56,816 nt of DNA from Eubacteriales bacterium (GTDB lineage Bacteria; Bacillota; Clostridia; Oscillospirales; CAG-382): positions 1 to 56,816 of the forward strand of contig JAZRUR010000054.1 in NCBI GenBank assembly GCA_045652625.1, read 5' to 3'. Position 1 is the stretch's first letter. Every line of letters begins with the position of its first letter. The notes under the pieces are model-generated. The model was not told the DNA's origin. It was given only the letters and a program-made list of their open reading frames with translations, and did not search any database. A program made the translations under genes and the position numbers. Below are positions 47,011 through 56,763 of the stretch, piece by piece.

Positions 47011-48018
47011 TTATTCATTTATAGATTCGCAGAACAACTCAACAACAGTCTTTGTGACAGAAGATTCATCGGGATAAAATTCCATAAACTTATCGCCGAC
47101 AATAGATTCTCCCTCAATCGTACTGATGCCTGTAAATTCATAACCGGATACTTTATCAAAAAGATTCTGCAAATATGTGACAGAACAGTCCGACACCATA
47201 TAATCTGATATACTTAACGCTGTCTGCGCAATGAATCGCTCATCGCTTTCTGCCTTTTGCATTGTTTTATTTAATAGCGCATCAATGTACTGCTTTTGTC
47301 TGACCATTCGGGTTTGGTTAGTGCTGTCGTACATGCCGTATCTTAAACGAACATAATTAAGTGCATGTTCTCCGTACAATGTGACCGTTTCGCCCTTAAC
47401 CAAGGTATCATCGATGCCTGAAAAGTCATCTAAAACTTCAACTTCGACACCATCAACCAAATCGTTAATTATCGAAACGGCATCCATGGTAAGCGACATG
47501 TAATGTTTAACCTTCACGCCCAACAAGTGCCCCGATACTGCATCCGCGGTATTACGGCAACTCACTTTATTACCGTTGCCGTAGGTATGCGCCAATGCTA
47601 TTTGTTGAGTTTTTGTCGCTACCTTTTCTCCCGCAACTCCAAGTATATTCGTTTCGGTAATAGTATCTCGGTTAATATGTATAGCGGAACAAGTCTGTTC
47701 GTCATGGTTGATAACAAACAACATCAAAAAGTCGGCTTGGCGGTTATTAGTATAGGCGCTATCATCTATTTGGATATCAAAGGTATCCAAACCTATGGCT
47801 AAAAAGGTTTCTATATTATCTTTGAAAATATAGTCCTTACCGTCATAACTGATAACATCCGATGACTGATCACCGCTTTGTCCGTCAAATTGTGTATGGT
47901 TGCGACTCCAAATATTTTCAAACAGCAATATCGCAGATATGAGGAATATAACCAAGAAAACTATGGCTATTTGCTTTAATTTTTTGTTAGAATCCTCTGC
48001 TCTGCTCATAAGTAACAT
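47011..48018 (-). CDS. LCP (LytR-CpsA-Psr) family polysaccharide attachment protein
   Basis: N-terminal TM; IGLD, QAD, INRD, AL.YVR.R, R..RQ..Y. Confidence 0.9.
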   Translation of the reverse strand: MLLMSRAEDSNKKLKQIAIVFLVIFLISAILLFENIWSRNHTQFDGQSGDQSSDVISYDGKDYIFKDNIETFLAIGLDTFDIQIDDSAYTNNRQADFLMLFVINHDEQTCSAIHINRDTITETNILGVAGEKVATKTQQIALAHTYGNGNKVSCRNTADAVSGHLLGVKVKHYMSLTMDAVSIINDLVDGVEVEVLDDFSGIDDTLVKGETVTLYGEHALNYVRLRYGMYDSTNQTRMVRQKQYIDALLNKTMQKAESDERFIAQTALSISDYMVSDCSVTYLQNLFDKVSGYEFTGISTIEGESIVGDKFMEFYPDESSVTKTVVELFCESINE

Positions 48019-48020
48019 TA

Positions 48021-48707
48021 TTACTTACCTTCGGTCTTTTTTAATTTGAGAGCGATAATAACCAAAGCCACAGCAGATACCGCCATTAACGCAATATATA
48101 TCCACCAATGGAAATCATCGCCGGTTTGAGGACCGTTTCCGGAACTCGAACCGTCTTCAAAAGTATTAACAACTATAGCAAAAGAGCCTGTCTTATCGGT
48201 AGAATAGACAAGATATCCGTCTTCATCTATTGTTGCATTATCGATCATTGTCCAATTATTACCGTCGAAATGCAATAATCCGACAAAGTTTTCGAGCACA
48301 TCGCTTTTAAGACGAAGTTTATACTCACCGTATTCTTCATTGGTTTCGTTATCGCTGTAATCAACATCAAACAGATCGCTTACATCAATATCGTTTGAAT
48401 CAATACCCATTGTGTTCGCTTTGTTTTTCAAATCAACGTTCAAATCCGTAAGGTCAGGGGTATCGACAATGATATCATAAGCATCTTCCAACTGTTTGCG
48501 TGATTCATCATCCAAATTGAAACGGTCCGCATACGGTTTTACGATAATTTCGACACTACTCTCGTCTTCTATCAATCCACCATCAACAATCTCGGGGTAC
48601 TTATTACCCGACGGACTGCCAACAAAATTGTTGGGTGCCGCCATAGCGGTTATACCCATTACAAAGATCATCAAGATTGATAACAAAACGGCAAAACTTT
48701 TTTTCAT
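48021..48707 (-). CDS. Sortase-anchored surface protein of unknown function
   Basis: Signal peptide, FVGSP, DLFDV, LLHF...W, GSFAIVV; PQTGD + TM + basic tail. Confidence 0.75.
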   Translation of the reverse strand: MKKSFAVLLSILMIFVMGITAMAAPNNFVGSPSGNKYPEIVDGGLIEDESSVEIIVKPYADRFNLDDESRKQLEDAYDIIVDTPDLTDLNVDLKNKANTMGIDSNDIDVSDLFDVDYSDNETNEEYGEYKLRLKSDVLENFVGLLHFDGNNWTMIDNATIDEDGYLVYSTDKTGSFAIVVNTFEDGSSSGNGPQTGDDFHWWIYIALMAVSAVALVIIALKLKKTEGK

Positions 48708-48763
48708 TTTTGCCCTCCCAAAAATCGTTAAATTTGTGATTCCAAGAAATAATCCTCTCGCTT

Positions 48764-49477
48764 TTAGCGAATATTCTTATTATATCCGTAGTATCCTTTG
48801 CCGCTTTTTGCATCATTCATTACACAGCCAAGGATCTTCACATTTGATAACTGAAGTTGACGGAAACATTTATCGAGTTCTTTCTTTTCGGTAAAGTCTT
48901 CTCGAACAACGACAACCATACCGGTAATAAGCGGAGAAATTGCAAGTGCATCGGAAACAACGTTTACCGGAGGCAAATCTATAACTATATAATCAAACTT
49001 TTCCGCCAATACCTTTAACATAGATGCCATTCTGCGCGAACCCAAAAGTTCTGACGGGTTCGGAGGAAGAACACCCGAAGGCAAAATATACCAATTATCT
49101 AATATTGTTGCCTTTAAAATCCCGTTCTGACCGCCTTCGGGGCCGACAAGCAAATTGGCAAGTCCCGGCGACGGCTGGATATTTAATTTTTTAGCGACAC
49201 TTGAAATTCGCAAATCTGCATCAATAAGCAAAACGCGTTTTCCGCTCTCTGCCAAAACGTAAGAGAGATTAATCGCAGTCGTACTCTTGCCTTCGCCCCT
49301 CGTCGAACTCGTCACACCGATAATCGGGCATTTCACATCTTCGGGTATTGTGAAATTAAGATTTGTACGAAGCAATTTATATTGTTCGGTCGGAACAAAT
49401 CCGAGATTTTCATGCAGTGTTTTTTTGCTGTCGCTAACGGAAAACGAAGTTGATTTTGAACGTTTGAACAGTTTCAT
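48764..49477 (-). CDS. CpsD/CapB family tyrosine kinase
   Basis: EQYKLLRTN, Walker A GEGKST, IDADLR, PPNPSELL, IDLPP, C-terminal Tyr cluster GYYGY. Confidence 0.93.
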   Translation of the reverse strand: MKLFKRSKSTSFSVSDSKKTLHENLGFVPTEQYKLLRTNLNFTIPEDVKCPIIGVTSSTRGEGKSTTAINLSYVLAESGKRVLLIDADLRISSVAKKLNIQPSPGLANLLVGPEGGQNGILKATILDNWYILPSGVLPPNPSELLGSRRMASMLKVLAEKFDYIVIDLPPVNVVSDALAISPLITGMVVVVREDFTEKKELDKCFRQLQLSNVKILGCVMNDAKSGKGYYGYNKNIR

Positions 49478-49493
49478 CTTATCACCGTCGCTT

Positions 49494-50300
49494 TCAGTTA
49501 TTTGTCTTTGTTTTTTGATAATAGCCGTATGGTGCGTTATCATCGTTCTCTAACAAAGACGGTACCTTGGCCAAAATCGGGTAATCATAGGATTGTAGTA
49601 TATAGTCCTCATCATGGACCGTATCGTCCAACAGCGCAACTACAACCAACGCCAATGAAGTCAGAATCATACCAAGAATAAAACCTACAATTGTATACTT
49701 GGTCTTACTCGGGGAGATCTTATCGGTGTTAACTACGCCGACGTCGACAACCTCCATTGAAGAACCTTCTATTATCTCAGCGATTCTTGCAGGAAGCACT
49801 TCGGCGATACAGTTTACGATTTTAGCCGCCTCGTGAGGGTCAGTAGATGTAACAGTTATCTGCAAAACCTCGGTTTCGTTAACCGTGGTGGCGGTTATCA
49901 TCTCATCGAGTTCCTCGTAAGTATAAGAAACCCCGCTTTTTTCGATAACTTGGTTTAACGAAGTGCGGTTCTTCAAAATCACAATATATGTTTTCGCAAG
50001 GCTTTGCGCCGCAGTAAGTTCAGACGGGCTTATACTGAAACTGGTATTTCCGAGCGAAAACGAACTATTATTTACATAAAGCATTACCGAAGAAGAGTAT
50101 TTGGGCGCAACAACAAATGCGGCAACAGAAAAACCTACAGCAGCGCACAAAACCGCCGATATAATTATCGCCCATATCTTTTTTAATAATGTTTTTCCGA
50201 TGTGCGAAAAATCAATTGTATAGAAATCTCCGTTATTCTTATCCACCTTGTTCAACTTGACTCTTTCTCCATATTCTTCAGTTTTTTCAGGCACTTTCAA
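49494..50300 (-). CDS. CpsC/Wzz chain-length regulator (start uncertain, possibly 50255 or 50246)
   Basis: ID...L.KK.W, P.Y, two TM segments, SPSK, LDDTV, P.LA.VP. Confidence 0.9.
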   Translation of the reverse strand: MKVPEKTEEYGERVKLNKVDKNNGDFYTIDFSHIGKTLLKKIWAIIISAVLCAAVGFSVAAFVVAPKYSSSVMLYVNNSSFSLGNTSFSISPSELTAAQSLAKTYIVILKNRTSLNQVIEKSGVSYTYEELDEMITATTVNETEVLQITVTSTDPHEAAKIVNCIAEVLPARIAEIIEGSSMEVVDVGVVNTDKISPSKTKYTIVGFILGMILTSLALVVVALLDDTVHDEDYILQSYDYPILAKVPSLLENDDNAPYGYYQKTKTNN

Positions 50301-50365
50301 TGTGCATCCAACTATGTCAGAACTGTTAACGGATCGTCATTGCATTCTTCTGCCATTTTATTTAT

Positions 50366-50393
50366 ATTATAACATATTAAATCCGAAATGCAA
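50366..50393 (-). promoter_or_regulatory. Sigma-A promoter of the EPS/capsule operon
   Basis: TTGCAT-16 nt-TATAAT with TG extended -10. Confidence 0.6.
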
Positions 50394-50450
50394 TAAGAAA
50401 AATGCACCAATCCTCATTATTTTGAAATTTTAAGCGAAACAAATCCATAC

Positions 50451-50481
50451 AAAAAAGAACTCTTTTAAAAAGAGTTCTTTT
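50451..50481 (-). terminator. Intrinsic terminator of asd
   Basis: AAAAGAACTCTT/AAGAGTTCTTTT inverted repeat with U-run on the minus strand. Confidence 0.7.
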
Positions 50482-50492
50482 GCATTATATTT

Positions 50493-51569
50493 TTAATAAA
50501 GATAACCCTGTCTGTAAAGCAATTCTGCACCGAGAACAGCGCCGCCTGCCGCACCGCGAAGAGTGTTATGGGAAAGACAAACAAACTTATAATCAAAGAT
50601 AGTATCTTCGCGCAGTCTGCCGATAGAAATACCCATACCGCCATATAGGTCACGGTCGAGACCTGTTTGAGGACGGTTGTCTTCTTCAAAATATGTCAAG
50701 AACTTTTCCGGTGCGTGAGGAAGTTCCAAACGTTGTGCTTCGCCTACATATTCAGCCCAATCCGCTTTAATCTGTTCGATAGAAGGTTTGTTTTCGAAAC
50801 TTACCGAAACAGCGGCAAGGTGTCCGTCGGAAGCGGGCACACGTATACACTGTGCCGAAATTAAAGGAGTGGTAGCATTGACGATAACATCTCCCTCAAC
50901 CTTACCCCATACCTTAAGCGGTTCTTTTTCGCTCTTTTCTTCTTCGCCGCCGATGTACGGAATAACATTATCAACCATTTCAGGCCATGTATCAAAAGTC
51001 TTGCCTGCACCGGAGATCGCTTGGAAAGTAGTAACGTTCACTGCCTTAATGCCATATTTTCTCAACGGTTCAAGGGCAGGAACATAACTTTGTATCGAGC
51101 AGTTGGGTTTTACAGAAATAAAACCTTTTTTCGTGCCAAGACGTTTCTTTTGAGACTCTATAACTGCGCTATGAGCATAGTTTATTTCGGGAATAAGCAT
51201 GGGCACGTCGGCAGTTCCGCGATGTGCAGAGTTGTTGGAAATAACAGGAATTTCCGCCTTTGCATACGCTTCTTCCAAAGCCTTTATCTGTTCTTTCGGC
51301 ATATTAACCGCACAGAACACGAAATCTACATATTTCTTTACGGTTTCTATGTCCTCGGCATTAAGTACTTCCATAGCGGCAACGCGTTCGGAAAGAGGGG
51401 TTTTCATTTTCCAACGTCCTTCTACCGCCTTGCCATAGGGTTTGCCCGCAGATGAGGGGCTGGCAACAAGCGCAGAAAGTTCAAAATAAGGGTGGTCTTC
51501 GATAAGCGTAATGAATCTTTGACCGACCATACCGGTCGCGCCAATAATTCCGGCTCTTAGTTTACTCAT
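50493..51569 (-). CDS. asd: Aspartate-semialdehyde dehydrogenase
   Basis: GATGMVGQRF, SNNSAHR, PNCS, QAISGAG, CIRVP..DGH, SHNTLRGAAG. Confidence 0.97.
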   Translation of the reverse strand: MSKLRAGIIGATGMVGQRFITLIEDHPYFELSALVASPSSAGKPYGKAVEGRWKMKTPLSERVAAMEVLNAEDIETVKKYVDFVFCAVNMPKEQIKALEEAYAKAEIPVISNNSAHRGTADVPMLIPEINYAHSAVIESQKKRLGTKKGFISVKPNCSIQSYVPALEPLRKYGIKAVNVTTFQAISGAGKTFDTWPEMVDNVIPYIGGEEEKSEKEPLKVWGKVEGDVIVNATTPLISAQCIRVPASDGHLAAVSVSFENKPSIEQIKADWAEYVGEAQRLELPHAPEKFLTYFEEDNRPQTGLDRDLYGGMGISIGRLREDTIFDYKFVCLSHNTLRGAAGGAVLGAELLYRQGYLY

Positions 51570-51588
51570 AATATACCTCTATAATTAG

Positions 51589-52062
51589 TTAAAAAAGATC
51601 TTTATAAATACCGGGGATACTGTCTTCGATAACCGTCGCGCCTACAATTTTATTGTAGAAATCTACCGGTCCGGCACTGCCTATAATTGCATATCCGTAA
51701 CCTTCATCGCGCATCGCTTCCATACAACGGAAGAACAACGCACTGCCGATTCCCTTGCCGCGTTGAGTTTCGTCAACACCGGTAGGGCCAAAGAAATCGC
51801 GATAGGTGCAATCGTATCCTGCAAAACCGAGCATTTTTTTCTCGTTAACATCATATGCAATGAAGCAACTTACGGGGAATTTTGTAAAAGCGGCAGAAAT
51901 TTCATCCGCCCAACCGTCATGAAAATGTTCGCGCACCCATTCGACAACTTTCGTCTTATTCGGCGTCATCGGACGCATTATTTTAATTCCTTGCGCCTCG
52001 AGTTTTTTATAAATCGCACTGCTATCAGGCAAATTATACAGTTTGACAAGCATATCAGGCAT
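51589..52062 (-). CDS. GNAT family acetyltransferase
   Basis: MPDMLVKLY start after GGAGGT; FFGPTGV...RGKGIG, GYGYAIIG, FY.K. Confidence 0.88.
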   Translation of the reverse strand: MPDMLVKLYNLPDSSAIYKKLEAQGIKIMRPMTPNKTKVVEWVREHFHDGWADEISAAFTKFPVSCFIAYDVNEKKMLGFAGYDCTYRDFFGPTGVDETQRGKGIGSALFFRCMEAMRDEGYGYAIIGSAGPVDFYNKIVGATVIEDSIPGIYKDLF

Positions 52063-52088
52063 AATTCTTACCTCCAAATATTATTAAT

Positions 52089-52115
52089 GGGCTGCTGCGA
52101 TTTTCGCAGCAGCCC
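52089..52115 (-). promoter_or_regulatory. GC-rich intergenic stem-loop without U-tract
   Basis: GGGCTGCTGCGA/TCGCAGCAGCCC 12-bp perfect stem between co-oriented genes. Confidence 0.6.
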
Positions 52116-52173
52116 GAATAAAACGCTGTCGCGTTAAACCGAAACGATTTTTCGGTCGTCTATAATATTAGAC

Positions 52174-54342
52174 TTATTTTTTATCCTCGGTTTCTTTCAC
52201 GTAAGTGATCTTCATGGTCGAGAATTTCTTTTGAAGCGCTACGATTGCTTCGCCGTCTTCTGCAGCTTTGGTGCCGATTATATTGACTTCAAGGCTTGTG
52301 GTTGTCGGGAAACTGTCAAGTGCTTCGAGTTTTTCGATGTCAGCGTTTCCGCTGAGATCGAGAGTCTTTAACGATGTAAGTTTGCCGATTACTGTAATAT
52401 CAGCGATCTTATTATTTGCAAGGTTAAGATCGGTAAGTGTTGTCGCCTTTTCAAGAGCGGAAATATCGGTAATGTTGTTATCGTTCAAAACAAGAGAGGT
52501 AAGAGCCTTGCCGGTGTCCGCCTTGCTTACGTCGGAAATTGCATTCTTGCTAAGGTCAAGAGTTGTAAGTTTTTCACAGTCGGTAAGGTCGGGTATTGCG
52601 ACGATAGCGTTACCGCTTGCGTTTACGCCTGTCAACTTCTTAAGTCCCTTAATAACAAGTTCGGTAAGACCTTCTGCAGAAGTTTCGGGTTCTTCGGTTT
52701 CTTCTCCCTCGGAAGTGGTTTCGTCTTCAGAAACGGTTTCATCTTCAGAAACGTTTTCATCCTCAGAAGATTCGTCTTCGGTGGATTCCTCTGTTTCTTC
52801 TTCCTTATCTTCTTCCTCTTCCTCTTCTTCTACGTAAACGTTAAGGGTTGTGAGTTCGGGACATTCGGTAAGGTCAAGACTGCCAACAAGTTTATTGTTA
52901 TATGCTTCAACAGTAGCAAGTTTTGCACAGCCGTTAAGACCGTTAAGATCTGCTATTTCGTTATCATGGATAGCGATAGAAGTAAGTTCATCAAGTTTGG
53001 AAAGGTCGCCAATAGTAGTAATGGCATTTTCGTATGCATTGATAGAAGTAAGTTTTTCGCAAGAAGCGAGGGTGCTTATATCGGTTATCTTATTTGCATA
53101 CGCATCGAAAGTGGTAAGTTCGGTAAGACCCGAAAGGTCGCCGATTTCGTTGATTTCGTTATTATAAACACTAATCTCAGTAAGTTTAGTGCAATTACCG
53201 AGAACTGCTATGCTGGTGATATCATTGTCGCTTAAATAAACGGTTTCGAGGTTGGTGCTGTTCTTGATACCGCTGATATCGGTGATATGGTTGCCGATTG
53301 CAGAGAAATTGGTAAGAGCGGTAAGTTCGGAAACAGCATCAAGATTTTCAACACAGTTGCCGTTAAGGACAAGAGTTTCGAGGCTGGTCATACCTTCAAG
53401 TGCGCTGATATCCTCGATTGCGTTACCTGCAAGATTGAGGTTCTTAAGATTGGTAAGAGAGGACAACGCACTGATATCGGTAATACCTACGTGTGTATGT
53501 TCTTCTTCTTTTTCTTCGGTGTCGGAAGTTTCCGATTCGGACTCTTCGCTTGTTTCGGTTTCTTCGACAGTTCTATCGCCCATCTGTACCAAAGTAAGAT
53601 CGGTAAGTTCTGTCATGGAAGAAATAGCCGAGAAGTCAGAAACTAATGTGTTACCGATATCCAACTTGGTGAGGTTTTCAAAGTTATCAATACCTTCAAG
53701 AGTGGTTATACCGGTGTACTGAAGCGAAAGTTGTTCGAGTTTTGTCAAAGAAGAAAGTTGATCAAGTTTTTTAAGATCGGTAAGTGCTGCGGATGCAACG
53801 AGAGAATCAAAAGAAATTGCAGTGCCGCCCATACCGTATGCGTTATAAAGTTGGGTGTAGTAGCAACCTTCCTGCATAGTCGAAACTTCGGCAAGGTCAA
53901 ATGTACGCAATACGCGCAAATTCTTAAACAAAGTGATATCTTCAACCTCGGTTACGGGGTAATTCATCACTACATAAGAGCCTTCAGCCGGTTCTTCTTG
54001 GGAATTGGCTATGACAGCATCGGTCATTTCCTTGTAACCGAGCATAACAACGGGATATGCATAGGTTTCATAATTATTCTGCGAATCGTTACCGACAGAA
54101 TAGTAATAAACAAGAGATTCGATTTTATCAATATCTTCCTGTGTTATATCACGTACGCTTTCTTTACCGAGCGCCTGTGCAAATGCTTTTGCGAAATCTG
54201 CATCTTCAAATTGAGTATAAGGGTCGTCCATGTGGCTGATACCGTCGATAAGAACGAATACCGAACCTGCGAGAAGAAGTACGCTGAGAACAACGCAAAT
54301 AATTATCGTCTTCTTCTGCTTGGCAATAACTTTGTTGCTCAT
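52174..54342 (-). CDS. Membrane-anchored internalin-like leucine-rich-repeat protein with acidic inserts
   Basis: N-terminal TM; many 22-aa LxxLxLxxNxIxDIxxL repeats; Glu/Ser/Thr-rich insertions. Confidence 0.9.
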   Translation of the reverse strand: MSNKVIAKQKKTIIICVVLSVLLLAGSVFVLIDGISHMDDPYTQFEDADFAKAFAQALGKESVRDITQEDIDKIESLVYYYSVGNDSQNNYETYAYPVVMLGYKEMTDAVIANSQEEPAEGSYVVMNYPVTEVEDITLFKNLRVLRTFDLAEVSTMQEGCYYTQLYNAYGMGGTAISFDSLVASAALTDLKKLDQLSSLTKLEQLSLQYTGITTLEGIDNFENLTKLDIGNTLVSDFSAISSMTELTDLTLVQMGDRTVEETETSEESESETSDTEEKEEEHTHVGITDISALSSLTNLKNLNLAGNAIEDISALEGMTSLETLVLNGNCVENLDAVSELTALTNFSAIGNHITDISGIKNSTNLETVYLSDNDITSIAVLGNCTKLTEISVYNNEINEIGDLSGLTELTTFDAYANKITDISTLASCEKLTSINAYENAITTIGDLSKLDELTSIAIHDNEIADLNGLNGCAKLATVEAYNNKLVGSLDLTECPELTTLNVYVEEEEEEEDKEEETEESTEDESSEDENVSEDETVSEDETTSEGEETEEPETSAEGLTELVIKGLKKLTGVNASGNAIVAIPDLTDCEKLTTLDLSKNAISDVSKADTGKALTSLVLNDNNITDISALEKATTLTDLNLANNKIADITVIGKLTSLKTLDLSGNADIEKLEALDSFPTTTSLEVNIIGTKAAEDGEAIVALQKKFSTMKITYVKETEDKK

Positions 54343-54426
54343 TTTTCAAAATCCTCCGGATAATTTAACGATTAGAGTTATTTTATCACAAATTATTCTA
54401 TTTTGCAATAGTAAATTTATTATCGT

Positions 54427-55104
54427 CTATGCGCCGTACTTAATTATATTCACAAAAGTATTTCGGTTTCCCTCCCATACTTCCATGGTTCTGCCGTATT
54501 TGATCTCGTCCTTATCGGGAGAGCGTCTAAGACAAAGAATAGCGGTTTCGGGAATGTTCGAAAGTCCGTCTAATTCATACGCCGCAAGGTCTGAAATATA
54601 TACGCCGTATCCGTCGATAACGTTTTCGGGCATATATGCATCATCTATAATTTCATCAAGCGGAGTAAGTAAGCCTTCCTCGACACAAATATCAAAAAAC
54701 TGCTTGTCCAACGCATAGATAACCGTATCACCTGCACGGACTTCGGTTTGAAAACGTTGAAGTCCTTTGTTGTTCTGGTCATAGTTAATCGGGTCTATTC
54801 CTGCATCTTCGTTGCCGAATTTATTTACGGTAATGTCAAGTATTTCAACCTTTATCTCGCCGTCGTCGTTATAATCATCCGACATCTTCCCTACGGTGCT
54901 TTCTATCGTTTCGGCAACCTCAGCGGATATATACATCGGGCCCACGTGCATTATATTTACATCAGGGTCTTTTGTAGATAAAAATTGCGATAAACTAATT
55001 ATAAGAAAAGCAACCAATACTACGCCGAATATTATAAGCCATTTATAATGATACCAAATATTTTCAAACCACTCACGAGGTGACATTCTTTCCTGTTTTT
55101 CCAT
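54427..55104 (-). CDS. Conserved-type hypothetical single-TM protein
   Basis: ATG after GGGAGG; ENIWYHYKW + TM; D.NDDG; acidic extracellular domain. Confidence 0.75.
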   Translation of the reverse strand: MEKQERMSPREWFENIWYHYKWLIIFGVVLVAFLIISLSQFLSTKDPDVNIMHVGPMYISAEVAETIESTVGKMSDDYNDDGEIKVEILDITVNKFGNEDAGIDPINYDQNNKGLQRFQTEVRAGDTVIYALDKQFFDICVEEGLLTPLDEIIDDAYMPENVIDGYGVYISDLAAYELDGLSNIPETAILCLRRSPDKDEIKYGRTMEVWEGNRNTFVNIIKYGA

Positions 55105-55235
55105 AATAACCTCCCTATAAAAATACAGTATTATTTTAGCACAGCCTCGCCGTTTTGGCAAGTATTCTTTTAAAGTCGTTGCATATTATTTACATTTTTC
55201 CCATATTGAAATGTTCCTTGTTTGAGATAAAAAAC

Positions 55236-55263
55236 TTGACAAATCGCGCATATAAGATATAAT
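55236..55263 (+). promoter_or_regulatory. Sigma-A promoter
   Basis: TTGACA-16 nt-TATAAT. Confidence 0.7.
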
Positions 55264-55295
55264 GTTTCTATCCGAAAAGTTAGGAATTTTAAATA

Positions 55296-56195
55296 ATGCA
55301 CGAATTTTTCCATGCGCTTGAACACGCGGTTTTGGATTCATTAAAAATGATTCCGTTTTTAATAATCGCGTTTTTCATACTTGAATACATCGAATCGAAA
55401 ATCGAAGAAAAAAGTTCTTCCGTGATACAGAAAGCAGAAAAGACAGGTCCGTTGGCAGGTGCTTTACTCGGTCTTGTGCCGCAATGCGGTTTTTCGGTAA
55501 TCGGGTCGAACTTCTACGCAAAGCGAATAATAACACTCGGAACGCTTATGGCTATCTATTTGTCCACTTCGGACGAGGCTTTGCTTGTTTTACTTGCAAA
55601 TCCGCAAAAGATAACCGATTTGCTTCTTATTTTGGCTTTGAAGTTTGGCATTGCCGTTTTCGTCGGTTATGTTATAGACCTTGTTCTCCGTAATAGGAAC
55701 GTAAACAAAGAGGAATGTCATCATTGTCACCACAGCGATGATTCCTGCGAAAACGAAGAACTTATCGGCGAGGAGCATTGTTGCAACCATACCGATTGGA
55801 AAGCAATAATCAAGTGCACTGTTAAACGTACGGTTTCGGTTTGGTTGTTCCTTTTTGCAACCACTTTTGTTCTTGGCTATCTTATAGAACTCATCGGCGA
55901 AGCCAAGTTACAGCAATTCATGCTAACCGACAGCATTTTCCAACCGTTTTTAACCGCGCTTATCGGTCTTATCCCCAACTGTGCACCGTCGGTTATACTT
56001 GCGCAACTTTATATCGACTCTGCCATAAGTCTTGGTTCGGTAATTTCTGGACTTTGCGCAGCCGCAGGTGCAGGAATAATCGTACTGTTCCATGTCAACA
56101 GAGGCTTGAAATCAAACATCGCTATCCTTGCCCTGCTTTATATCATCGGTTCAGGTGCAGGTGTAATTATTCAGTTGGTGCAAAATTTAATATAA
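55296..56195 (+). CDS. Putative metal permease (ArsP_2/putative manganese transporter family)
   Basis: Repeated GLVPQCG and GLIPNCA motifs, STSDEA, His/Cys-rich loop CHHCHH...EHCCNH. Confidence 0.85.
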   Translation: MHEFFHALEHAVLDSLKMIPFLIIAFFILEYIESKIEEKSSSVIQKAEKTGPLAGALLGLVPQCGFSVIGSNFYAKRIITLGTLMAIYLSTSDEALLVLLANPQKITDLLLILALKFGIAVFVGYVIDLVLRNRNVNKEECHHCHHSDDSCENEELIGEEHCCNHTDWKAIIKCTVKRTVSVWLFLFATTFVLGYLIELIGEAKLQQFMLTDSIFQPFLTALIGLIPNCAPSVILAQLYIDSAISLGSVISGLCAAAGAGIIVLFHVNRGLKSNIAILALLYIIGSGAGVIIQLVQNLI

Positions 56196-56201
56196 AAATT
56201 C

Positions 56202-56226
56202 AAGGCTGTCGTTATGACAGCCTTTT
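56202..56226. terminator. Bidirectional terminator
   Basis: AAGGCTGTC/GACAGCCTT between convergent genes. Confidence 0.75.
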
Positions 56227-56229
56227 AGT

Positions 56230-56763
56230 TTATATTTCGGTCTGTGATGACATAAAATACGCGCCCGTGTCGATAAGTTTCTTTTCCGAGCCGTCGTGTG
56301 TTTTGCCGTCCTGTTTGAGCGACATAACTGCGCCGATAACACTACCTTCGCTGACTATTGGCGAAAGATAACTCACTTCGCCGCCGCCCTCGGTTATTGT
56401 AACTTCGCCGTTTTTGTCGGATGCCGAATAACTGCGTCTACTCGACAAAACGCCCGAAAGTCCGTTAGAAATCGGCTTTTCAAGATATTCCTTGCGCGGA
56501 ACACCTGCGACAGCAATAACGTTATCCCTATCGCAAATCGCAATCGGTATACCGCTCGAACGGTTTATCGCTTCCGCATATTCAGCCGACACCCTGCTGA
56601 GTTCACCCACAGGCGAGTATTTGCGGAACACCACGCTACCGTCGCTTTCTGTGTAAATTTCCAACGGGTCGCCTTCGCGGATTCGCATAACACGGCGTAT
56701 CTCTTTCGGAATAACCACCCTACCCAAATCGTCAATTCGACGTACAATTCCTGTTGCTTTCAT
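56230..56763 (-). CDS. spoVT: Stage V sporulation protein T (AbrB-like domain + GAF)
   Basis: MKATGIVRRIDDLGRVVIPKEIRR..RIREGDPLEI, KYSP, GAF-like C-terminal domain. Confidence 0.96.
   Translation of the reverse strand: MKATGIVRRIDDLGRVVIPKEIRRVMRIREGDPLEIYTESDGSVVFRKYSPVGELSRVSAEYAEAINRSSGIPIAICDRDNVIAVAGVPRKEYLEKPISNGLSGVLSSRRSYSASDKNGEVTITEGGGEVSYLSPIVSEGSVIGAVMSLKQDGKTHDGSEKKLIDTGAYFMSSQTEI

Noticed and set aside
28964-50300. Integrative mobile island
   Set aside because: No integrase, transposase, tRNA target or flanking att repeats seen.
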